Positions 48,201 to 55,962 of a DNA stretch of 64,000 bases are shown one piece after another. Position 1 is the stretch's first letter, and each line of letters begins with the position of its first letter. Location: the NCBI GenBank assembly GCA_038257245.1, contig JBBSJL010000003.1:2074-66073 (forward strand), written 5' to 3'. This DNA comes from Candidatus Saccharimonadales bacterium. Lineage in GTDB: Bacteria > Patescibacteriota > Saccharimonadia > Saccharimonadales > JACQNP01. Below the pieces are notes generated by a model. It did no database searches and was not told where the DNA came from. It saw only the letters and a list, made by a program, of their open reading frames with translations. The translations under genes were made by a program, and so were the position numbers.

Positions 48201-49607
48201 TTGGTAGCTGATAGTACAAGTCAAGAGACCCTGTTTGTGGTTAGTGAACGAAGCGGACAGATTTACACTCCTGTTTCCCACGAGACTGATGTTGCGGCAG
48301 TTGATGTAGTAGAGCAAAAACTCCATCTTATTAATACCCTTGGCTACTTAGCAGGTGCCAGCATGAGGTCTGGACTTGTGCGTGCCGGACAAGATGTACT
48401 GAACGATAGATATGGCGATGAAGCGTCAAAGGTTGTTACGGGGGCAGAAAATCAAAGAGTCATCTTAATTAAAAAAGCGAAACATTCATTTGCGCGTGCA
48501 ACGGGGCATTTTACTCTTGTTGATTCTGGGCTAACTACAGAGACTGATGCTAGACGTTTAACCACGGCGATGTTTTCAGATTTCTTAAAGAAGTATTATG
48601 GCCCTAGACACCATGAAGCTTTGCACGATTATCGATTACAACTAGAGTCAGAAGTCGACAGCTTGATAGCATCACATGATTCTGAATCAAGTATTTCAAT
48701 GTTTAATCGTCAAAACGGGGTGAGGAACCATCGCTCAGACAATTCGGTTCATGTAATCGTCGATTATGGCGAAGAACTAGAAGAACTTGGTACAAGAGGA
48801 CGTCTAGAAGCTATTTTAGGAGACCCAAGAGCAGGATTTATACCTACAACCAATAACGAAAAGAACCAGATAGTCAGTTGGCTTGATTACTTAGATGATC
48901 CAGAAAAGCCATTGGGGATAATAAATCAACTGAGAGAAGTATTTGTGCGAGCCCAAAGACCAAGTAAGAAAGGTCGTTCCCTTGGTGTTAAGTATGGCGT
49001 AAGGGCTGTAGAAAGCATTGCCTGGGAGGTTGGCGATTATTTACAAAGTGCATCATTGGATTTGGCTAACCTCCAAAGTTTAAGGACGTCTGTAGATCAA
49101 GACCAAAGACCGACACTAAGCCTTTATGATGATTTACATAAGTCGGGCTCAGACGAGCAAGGAGATTCCCCCGAAGAATTATTTGGTCAGGACACAAACG
49201 GTCTTTTAACTTATATTCAATGGCTAGATATAAAAGAATTCATGGAAAAGGGCAATTGGCCGGGGCCTGTAGCGAGCCCAATTGTGGGCACAGAAGATCC
49301 ACCACGTAGTTTACGCCCAAAATTTGACTCTAGCCCAGGTAAACGAAAAACTATATTTGACCAATACCATCGGCCTGACATAACCGAAGAATTCAAGGCA
49401 CATATTATAAGTAGAGCTAAAACCATAACTTTTCGGGATATTAGGAGTAATATAGACGATTGTATTTCTAACTCTGAAAGGCGTTTAGACTTTCATAATC
49501 GTAGGTTTACAGAACTTGCCGAATATGATGATGGTCCATCATCGCCAGTTAGAGAGGCTGTTAACACAATCCAAGAAAAACTAAAAAGTACGGATGCTGT
49601 AGCATAG
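48201..49607 (+). CDS. Hypothetical soluble 468-aa protein
   Basis: TTG start with an AAGGAG SD 5 nt upstream. Clean ORF with no family that I recognise. Confidence 0.65.
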   Translation: MVADSTSQETLFVVSERSGQIYTPVSHETDVAAVDVVEQKLHLINTLGYLAGASMRSGLVRAGQDVLNDRYGDEASKVVTGAENQRVILIKKAKHSFARATGHFTLVDSGLTTETDARRLTTAMFSDFLKKYYGPRHHEALHDYRLQLESEVDSLIASHDSESSISMFNRQNGVRNHRSDNSVHVIVDYGEELEELGTRGRLEAILGDPRAGFIPTTNNEKNQIVSWLDYLDDPEKPLGIINQLREVFVRAQRPSKKGRSLGVKYGVRAVESIAWEVGDYLQSASLDLANLQSLRTSVDQDQRPTLSLYDDLHKSGSDEQGDSPEELFGQDTNGLLTYIQWLDIKEFMEKGNWPGPVASPIVGTEDPPRSLRPKFDSSPGKRKTIFDQYHRPDITEEFKAHIISRAKTITFRDIRSNIDDCISNSERRLDFHNRRFTELAEYDDGPSSPVREAVNTIQEKLKSTDAVA

Positions 49608-49611
49608 TAAT

Positions 49612-50643
49612 ATGAATTATTTAGATAATCTGCCCAATCCTTTTTTTGTATTGGCGCCAATGGATGATGTGACTGATACGGTTTTTCGTCGTGTGGTTGA
49701 ATCATGTGCGCCTGCAGATTTGTATGTAACAGAGTTTGTAAATGTTGATGGTCTGCAGAGTGCTGGCAGACAGAAGCTGCTTAAGAGGTTGCTGTTCGCA
49801 CCCGAAGAAACAAAGCTAGTGGCCCAAATATGGGGTAAAATACCAGATAATTACTACAAAACAGCCAAACAAATTGTAGACGGAACATTTGCTAGAGAAA
49901 TGGGGCTGGCAAAAGGCGTTAACTTCGTTGGGATTGACATTAATATGGGCTGTCCAGATAAATCTATACTAAAGAACGGTTGCTGCGCAGCGCTTATCGA
50001 TAATAGGGAACTGGCAGGCCAGATCATTAAAGCTGTGCAAAGGGCAGTTAATGAGGTAAATCCGGACTTCCCTGTTAGTGTGAAAACACGAGTTGGCCAC
50101 AAAGTAGTTGATATGACATGGTTCGAATATTTGCTTCAATTCAAACTTAACATGCTAACTATCCATGGTAGAACAGCTAAACAAATGTCCAAAGTACCTG
50201 CAAATTGGGATTTGATTGGTGAGGCCCGCGAAATGCGTGACAAGCTCTCCCCCGACACATTGATTGTTGGCAACGGCGACGTTATGTCACGCCAGCAAGG
50301 ACTGGAATTAGTAGAAAAACACAAACTAGATGGCATTATGATAGGCCGTGGAATATTTCAAGATCCATATGTTTTTGCAGAAAAATATGAATGGGAAAAT
50401 AGTTCCAAAGAACATAGAATTGAACTATACGCCAAACACGTTCGATTATTTGGCGATACCTGGTCTTCAGAAAAACCAGCTAAAAACGAAATAGATATGG
50501 TCCGAAGTGTCAGAACTTTAAATAAATTTTGTAAGGTATACATTCAGAACTTTGATGGGGCCAAAGAACTTCGTGAACATCTAATGGCAGCCAATTCCAC
50601 CGACGAGTTGGTAACTATTCTAAACAAAAAACTACCTGTATAG
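49612..50643 (+). CDS. tRNA-dihydrouridine synthase
   Basis: LAPMDDVTD..., GIDINMGCP and a TIHGRT TIM-barrel Dus signature. Confidence 0.85.
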   Translation: MNYLDNLPNPFFVLAPMDDVTDTVFRRVVESCAPADLYVTEFVNVDGLQSAGRQKLLKRLLFAPEETKLVAQIWGKIPDNYYKTAKQIVDGTFAREMGLAKGVNFVGIDINMGCPDKSILKNGCCAALIDNRELAGQIIKAVQRAVNEVNPDFPVSVKTRVGHKVVDMTWFEYLLQFKLNMLTIHGRTAKQMSKVPANWDLIGEAREMRDKLSPDTLIVGNGDVMSRQQGLELVEKHKLDGIMIGRGIFQDPYVFAEKYEWENSSKEHRIELYAKHVRLFGDTWSSEKPAKNEIDMVRSVRTLNKFCKVYIQNFDGAKELREHLMAANSTDELVTILNKKLPV

Positions 50644-50650
50644 GTAGTTT

Positions 50651-50726
50651 TGGTGGGGGTGGCAGGAATTGAACCTGCGACCAATCGGTTATGAGCCGAG
50701 TGCTCTAACCCCTGAGCTACACCCCC
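50651..50726 (-). tRNA. tRNA-Met (anticodon CAU), elongator type; tRNA-Ile2(CAU) not excluded
   Basis: Reverse complement GGGGGTG TA GCTC AGGGGTTA GAGC A CTCGG CTCATAA CCGAT TGGTC GCAGG TTCAATT CCTGC CACCCCC A CCA. It has a G1:C72 pair and Y11:R24. Confidence 0.85.
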
Positions 50727-50799
50727 AAGATGTGAATGTTATGGTTAGCTAAGGTTAACAGATGAGAGTATACCAGCAAAGTGCTATAATTATCTAGTT

Positions 50800-51243
50800 A
50801 TGCTTGAAAAAATAAACAAATCTATCAAAGATCCACGCGTGCAACAGTTCAAGGACGTTCGCGTTATCAGTTTAGTGGTCTTTGGGGTGATTGTTTTGTT
50901 GGTTTCTTGGAGTAGTGTAAACGTAATCCAAACCAACTATGATTTACAAAAGCAGATCGCAAAACTGGAACAACAAAACGAAGTAAAGAGCCTAAAGAAT
51001 GAGAACCAAAAACTTCGCAACCAGTTTTACGACACGGACCAATTTCTAGAATTACAGGTTAGGCGAAACTTCGGCAAGGCTGCACCGGGCGAAACTTTAG
51101 TGTTAGTACCTAAAGATGTGGCTTTATCAAAAACTGTAGCAAAACCGGAGGAGCCAAAACAAAGTGAGACTCAAACACCAAACAAACCAACTTACCAAAG
51201 AAATTTTGAAACATGGGTGGATTTCTTCTTGCACAGAACCTAG
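50800..51243 (+). CDS. FtsB/DivIC-like septum formation initiator
   Basis: N-terminal TM helix followed by a leucine-zipper-like coiled coil (LQKQIAKLEQQNEVKSLKNENQKLRNQ). TGCTATAAT lies 9 nt before the ATG. Confidence 0.6.
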   Translation: MLEKINKSIKDPRVQQFKDVRVISLVVFGVIVLLVSWSSVNVIQTNYDLQKQIAKLEQQNEVKSLKNENQKLRNQFYDTDQFLELQVRRNFGKAAPGETLVLVPKDVALSKTVAKPEEPKQSETQTPNKPTYQRNFETWVDFFLHRT

Positions 51244-51284
51244 ACACGAAAAAGTCGAAGAGACGTTAATGTATAGTATCCCTT

Positions 51285-52511
51285 ATGACAGAGACTAAAA
51301 AGAATTTGTCCAAACGATTTCGACCATTGTACTTTTCGGCGTTTTTCCATGGTTTTGTTCTTTGGTACGCCATTGAAAAAATATTTATGAAAACTATAGG
51401 ATTTAATGACGTCACCATCGGGGTAATGATTGCTTTCTACTCTGCGATAGTGTTGGTTGCAGAAACACCGTCTGGCATATTAGCAGATAGGTGGAGCAGG
51501 AAAGGTGTCCTCATTATTGCTAGTATCTTCTTGTCGCTGAGTGCTCTTATTGGTGGATTGAGCCAGGGCGTATTGTCTTATTTAGTTGCTGCAGGTTTTT
51601 GGGGAGTATTCTTCGCATTGTATTCAGGGACTTACGAAACAATAGTTTATGACACTGTGCGCGAAGAAACTAAGTCCGGAGATTTATACGAACATTACTA
51701 TGGTAAAGTAACAATTTTTGATAGTTCAGCATTAGTTATTGGTTCAATAATAGGTGGGCTAGTCGCAAACTTTGCAGGATTAAATATGGCATACTTTTTA
51801 TCTGTACCGATGGGTATCGGCTCTATTGCGGCTCTAATGCAATTCAAAGAGCCTCAGCTACATAAAAACCACGCTCCAGTATCATTGCGAGAACAGGTCA
51901 GCGATACATTCAGATCTGTATTGCAAAAAGGAGACCTACCTCCCGTGTTAGTAGTATTAGTTGCAACCTCTGCATTAACATTTTTAATCTTTGAATTTAG
52001 TCAATTATGGACTATTGCGCTACTTATACCACTAATATGGTTTGGGCCGGTTAATGCCCTTCACTTGTCTTCGATAGGAATTGGAGGGGCACTCGTCTCC
52101 AGATTCAGGCTTAATAGGCAAGCAGCACTGATGGGGCTTTTGGTGGTACTTGTGGTTAGTTGTTTGGCTCTGACATTGTCTCGGAATAAGTTAGTAGTTG
52201 TCTTTGCTATATTTTTTGCCAGTATTTGCTTGATAAGCATAAGCATAATATTTAGTAAGCTTTTACATGATAGATTAGATTCAAAAGTTAGAGCAGGTGC
52301 GGCGTCAGCAATTAGTACACTGGGGCGAATGATTATTATTCCAGTCTCGATAGTATTCGGGTACATAAGTAGTAAAACCAGAGAACAGATCATTACCCCT
52401 CAATATATTGTAGATGTAATATATCCCGTCGCGAAAGCTGGTTCCAACATTTTCGGCAAATTTGGAGTTTGGGCTAAAAATCCAAATTATCTTGCAGTTA
52501 TAGAAAATTGA
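51285..52511 (+). CDS. MFS transporter
   Basis: About 12 helices with a GILADRWSRKG loop 2-3 motif. TATAGT lies 7 nt before the ATG. Confidence 0.75.
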   Translation: MTETKKNLSKRFRPLYFSAFFHGFVLWYAIEKIFMKTIGFNDVTIGVMIAFYSAIVLVAETPSGILADRWSRKGVLIIASIFLSLSALIGGLSQGVLSYLVAAGFWGVFFALYSGTYETIVYDTVREETKSGDLYEHYYGKVTIFDSSALVIGSIIGGLVANFAGLNMAYFLSVPMGIGSIAALMQFKEPQLHKNHAPVSLREQVSDTFRSVLQKGDLPPVLVVLVATSALTFLIFEFSQLWTIALLIPLIWFGPVNALHLSSIGIGGALVSRFRLNRQAALMGLLVVLVVSCLALTLSRNKLVVVFAIFFASICLISISIIFSKLLHDRLDSKVRAGAASAISTLGRMIIIPVSIVFGYISSKTREQIITPQYIVDVIYPVAKAGSNIFGKFGVWAKNPNYLAVIEN

Positions 52512-52540
52512 AAGCAAGAACGTAATGACGATTACAGTCG

Positions 52541-52569
52541 TTGACAATCTCACCTCTGTTTGCTACTAT
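52541..52569 (+). promoter_or_regulatory. Sigma-70-type promoter upstream of the tRNA-fMet leader
   Basis: TTGACA (52541-52546), a 17-nt spacer, then TACTAT (52564-52569). Confidence 0.5.
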
Positions 52570-52751
52570 TACCTGGCTAAACAGCGATGGAGGAACTTAC
52601 GGGTTCCTCCAAAAGCAAATTTGCAGTTTGTTTAAATATTGTGAGAGGGTTCACAATATTTGGAGGAGATGGCTTGGTGAGTTCGGCGCTGATGATCAGA
52701 AATTCATTTTGTGATCATCTAGGTGAACTAACCGTCACACATCGACGATGA

Positions 52752-52826
52752 CGCGGGGTAGAGCAGCGGCAGCTCGTCTGGCTCATAACCAGAAGGTCGC
52801 AGGTTCGAGTCCTGCCCCCGCTACCA
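52752..52826 (+). tRNA. Initiator tRNA-fMet (anticodon CAU)
   Basis: CGCGGGG TA GAGC AGCGGCA GCTC G TCTGG CTCATAA CCAGA AGGTC GCAGG TTCGAGT CCTGC CCCCGCT A CCA. It has a C1xU72 mismatch and A11:U24, and its acceptor and D-stem are nearly identical to E. coli tRNA-fMet. Confidence 0.9.
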
Positions 52827-52865
52827 AGCATAAGCATTATGACCTCTAGAAATAGAGGTCTTTTC
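52821..52865 (+). repeat. Junction repeat copy A (tail only; overlaps the last 6 nt of tRNA-fMet)
   Basis: CTACCAAGCATAAGCATTATGACCTCTAGAAATAGAGGTCTTTTC is identical to the tails of copies B and D. The hairpin spans 52841-52860, followed by a T-run. Confidence 0.9.
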
Positions 52866-52888
52866 ATTCGTTTTGTTATTATTAAGTT

Positions 52889-53491
52889 ATGAAGGTCAAC
52901 TATAGTCCAGAGCAAGTTGCTGCTCAGTTTCGTAATTGTGGCAGAAGGTGGTGGATTGCGGGAGGATGGGCAATAGACTACTACCTAGGGAAGGTCACTC
53001 GTGAACACGAGGATGTCGATGTAGCCATTTTAAAAAGTGACGAGAAGGCATTTCGTAGCTACATGCAAGACTGGGAAATATGGCCTGGATTAGGCGATAA
53101 CAAATTAGAAGATAAACCGATAAGGATCGATGAGGCACTTTCGGAAGAACGAGGTGTGCTATGGTGCCGTCCATCCCCTGCAGACGAATGGGCCTTTGAA
53201 CTGTTACTCAATCCAACCAAGGGTAGCGAGTGGGTGTTTAAGCGAGACGAGAGAATACGAAAACCGTTAGATAGACTCGGGTCTGTTACTGACGACGGTA
53301 TTCCATATCTAAATCCAGAAATTGTACTTTTATTTAAAGCCAAAAATAATCGGGAAAAAGATCAGCAAGATTTTGAAACTGTAATACCAATGCTTGGCGA
53401 AGACGCAAGAAGGTGGCTACGTCACTCAATACAGATTGTTCATCCTGATCACCCCTGGCTAACTGCGCTGTGTTCAACTCCTACTGCCTAG
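52889..53491 (+). CDS. ANT(2'')-like nucleotidyltransferase (aminoglycoside 2''-adenylyltransferase family fold)
   Basis: WWIAGGWAIDYYLGKVTREHEDVDVAI parallels the LWIGGGWAID..LGRVTRKHDDIDL motif of ANT(2'')-Ia as I recall it. The last ~7 codons run into repeat copy B. Confidence 0.65.
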   Translation: MKVNYSPEQVAAQFRNCGRRWWIAGGWAIDYYLGKVTREHEDVDVAILKSDEKAFRSYMQDWEIWPGLGDNKLEDKPIRIDEALSEERGVLWCRPSPADEWAFELLLNPTKGSEWVFKRDERIRKPLDRLGSVTDDGIPYLNPEIVLLFKAKNNREKDQQDFETVIPMLGEDARRWLRHSIQIVHPDHPWLTALCSTPTA

Positions 53492-53630
53492 ACCCTACAG
53501 GGGATTCCTCCCTAACCTCATTCACTATCTCCCACATACCTATCAGTTCTCGTTTAATAAGGTTCCATTTCGTCAAAGGCATGCCTACCAAGCATAAGCA
53601 TTATGACCTCTAGAAATAGAGGTCTTTTTT
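53471..53630 (+). repeat. Junction repeat copy B (full: head, body, tail)
   Basis: The last 111 nt differ from copy D at 1 position by manual alignment. The hairpin spans 53605-53624, followed by a T-run. Confidence 0.9.
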
Positions 53631-53653
53631 GTTGGCTTTGGTATGATGTCTTT

Positions 53654-54205
53654 ATGAAAAATGCAATTCTATTACATGGTTCTGGCGGAAGTAGCGTAGA
53701 CTACTTTTGGTTTGAAGATACTAAGAGGCACCTTGAATCATTAGGTTACGAAGTATGGTGGCCACTATTGCCGAATACTGATAGTCCAAAACTAATTGAG
53801 ACCCGTGACTATATAGAACAAAATATGCCCAGTATTGACGAACAAACAGTTATTATCGCTCATTCATCTGCATGCCCTTTAATTCTCCATATGATGCAAT
53901 ATTTTAAGGTTAGAGTACGGCAAGTCATTCTAGTATCAGGATATTACCAGTCTATATCTGGAGAATCGAATAACATGTTACCCGAAAGTTTCGATTGGGA
54001 CGAGATTAAGCAACATGCGGAAGAGATAATACTAATAAACTCCGATAATGACCCCTGGGGTTGTAATGACAAACAAGCACGACCTGCTGCGGAAAAACTA
54101 GGTGCGAAGTTTATATTCGCTAAAGAGCAGGGTCATATGGGCTCAGGGACATATAATCAACCTTATAGAAAGTTTGAGCTGCTTAATTCACTACTACCAA
54201 GTTAG
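53654..54205 (+). CDS. YdeN/RBBP9-type serine hydrolase
   Basis: MKNAILLHGSGGS start and an AHSSAC nucleophile region. TGGTATGAT lies 6 nt before the ATG at 53654. The track start at 53603 sits inside the repeat hairpin. Confidence 0.7.
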   Translation: MKNAILLHGSGGSSVDYFWFEDTKRHLESLGYEVWWPLLPNTDSPKLIETRDYIEQNMPSIDEQTVIIAHSSACPLILHMMQYFKVRVRQVILVSGYYQSISGESNNMLPESFDWDEIKQHAEEIILINSDNDPWGCNDKQARPAAEKLGAKFIFAKEQGHMGSGTYNQPYRKFELLNSLLPS

Positions 54206-54223
54206 TTTGTTATAATCCAAAAC

Positions 54224-55174
54224 ATGGATATCAAAGATACTAACGTTCATAATAGCGGCATGCTTGATGTGGGTGATGGACATAAGCTTTATTGGGAAGA
54301 TTGGGGCAATCCTAAATCAACACCAATTATGCACTTTCATGGTGGCCCAGGCGGCGGCTTTAGCGATAGTCATAAGTTAATGTTTAACGCTCAAAAACAC
54401 AGGGTAATTTTTTATGACCAAAGAGGTTCGGGTAAGAGCACGCCCTATGCGTCAACTAAAGATAATACAACGCAAAAACTAGTAGAAGATGCAGAGAAGC
54501 TACGTAAACACCTTAAGATAGATAAGATGCACCTTGTTGGTGGTTCTTGGGGCTCAACAATGACATTAGCGTATGCAATGGCTTACCCAGATAATGTTAA
54601 AGCCATGGTTATGTGGGGCATATATCTAACTAGGCAGTTTGAAAATGACTTAATTGCAGCTGGATATGCAAAATATAACTATCCTGAAGCATGGGAACGG
54701 TTTATATCGCTAGTACCTGAAGAGCATCGAAAAGACGGTGACTCTATAACAAGATACTATTCAGGCAAGATAAACTCTAAAAATACTAAAGAGGCAATTC
54801 AGTATGCTGATGAGTGGACACTATGGGAGTGCACATTACTGTCCGTAAACTATGATAAAGCTAAACTAGAACTCGATGTTATAAAAGGCGATGATAGTAA
54901 CCTAGCTATTGCAAGATTAGAAACACATTATTTTATTAACGATTGTTTTATGCCAGGAAACTATTTGTTAGATAACATAGGTAAAATAAAACACATTCCT
55001 AGTTATGTTGTTCAGGGTAGATTTGATAACTGCACACCTCCAATTACTGCGTATGAACTAAGTAAGTCATATGGCAAAAACATGACTTTGCAGTTTGTAA
55101 ATGGTGGCCATAGACGTAGTGACCCAGAAGTACTTGCTGCCTTAAGAGCAGCTGTAAACACGACCTTAGTCTAG
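54224..55174 (+). CDS. pip: Prolyl aminopeptidase (proline iminopeptidase, S33)
   Basis: HGGPGGG, YDQRGSGKS and GGSWGSTM motifs. TGTTATAAT lies 7 nt before the ATG. Confidence 0.85.
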   Translation: MDIKDTNVHNSGMLDVGDGHKLYWEDWGNPKSTPIMHFHGGPGGGFSDSHKLMFNAQKHRVIFYDQRGSGKSTPYASTKDNTTQKLVEDAEKLRKHLKIDKMHLVGGSWGSTMTLAYAMAYPDNVKAMVMWGIYLTRQFENDLIAAGYAKYNYPEAWERFISLVPEEHRKDGDSITRYYSGKINSKNTKEAIQYADEWTLWECTLLSVNYDKAKLELDVIKGDDSNLAIARLETHYFINDCFMPGNYLLDNIGKIKHIPSYVVQGRFDNCTPPITAYELSKSYGKNMTLQFVNGGHRRSDPEVLAALRAAVNTTLV

Positions 55175-55180
55175 TGCTTT

Positions 55181-55205
55181 AAGCTCTAGAAATGGAGGTC
55201 TTTTT
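55181..55205 (+). repeat. Junction repeat copy C (hairpin-only variant)
   Basis: AAGCTCTAGAAATGGAGGTCTTTTT, followed by the same TTTGTTATGATTAAGTTATGAA leader as after copy A. Confidence 0.75.
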
Positions 55206-55229
55206 ATTTGTGTTTGTTATGATTAAGTT

Positions 55230-55955
55230 ATGAAATCGAATAGTCATCCGGTTACACAGCAGTATCAGCCTACAAATACAACCTGTAGTCCAACAGCACT
55301 TTCGACACTACTTGGGCACTACGGGAATAAGATAAGTCCACTGGACGTTGAAGCGAAGGTTCCACAGTCTATAAATGATAAGGGTGAAAAGATAGGCACT
55401 ATAAATCAACAATTAGCTACATGGTGTTTAACTAGAGGATACAACGTGACACTCTATACTTTCGATTGTCAGATAATAGATCAATCATGGGGTAAGCTCG
55501 AGACAAATAAACTGATTGAACGTATGAAATTGCGAAAGAATGGGTGGGTCGTTCCGGGCATGGGCGAAGAGTGGACAAAACGATACACACAAGCTTATAT
55601 TGATTTTATTATTGCTGGCGGTAAATTACATATACAGCCTGCAGTAACAACCGTACTACTTTACGATCTATTGAAGACAGGCCCTTTCTTGCCATGTGTG
55701 AGCTACAGCACTTTATATGGTGAAGCTCGTTCGAGGAATATTGGGGAAATTGAAGTTGTTACTGATGATGTAAATGGTAGAGCAACTAACCACTCGATTG
55801 TCGTATATGGCAATGATGAGTCGGGTAATTTCGTGATTGCGGACTCTTGGAAGAAACCAGGCCTTCACACTATTGAGCCCGAGAGATTACTTGCGGCAAT
55901 AAGCACGGCACAGATTGAGTGTGATAACCTGCTATTCCAAATACAACCTAAGTAG
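55230..55955 (+). CDS. Peptidase C39-like (papain-fold) cysteine peptidase domain protein
   Basis: QQYQPTNTTCSPTALSTLLGHYG fits the Q...N.C.P.A....L..YG motif, and NHSIVVYG is a candidate His. TGTTATGAT lies 6 nt before the ATG. Confidence 0.55.
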   Translation: MKSNSHPVTQQYQPTNTTCSPTALSTLLGHYGNKISPLDVEAKVPQSINDKGEKIGTINQQLATWCLTRGYNVTLYTFDCQIIDQSWGKLETNKLIERMKLRKNGWVVPGMGEEWTKRYTQAYIDFIIAGGKLHIQPAVTTVLLYDLLKTGPFLPCVSYSTLYGEARSRNIGEIEVVTDDVNGRATNHSIVVYGNDESGNFVIADSWKKPGLHTIEPERLLAAISTAQIECDNLLFQIQPK

Positions 55956-55962
55956 AAGTATT

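Noticed and set aside
52587-52751. A 55-codon + strand ORF (MEELTGSSKSKFAVC...) in the tRNA-fMet leader.
   Set aside because: It has no SD. Its codons coincide with three perfect hairpins, and it ends inside the tRNA, so RNA structure explains the region better.
52715-52915. The minus-strand 66-aa ORF covering tRNA-fMet and repeat A.
   Set aside because: It lies antisense to a canonical tRNA gene and its terminator, so it is an artefact.
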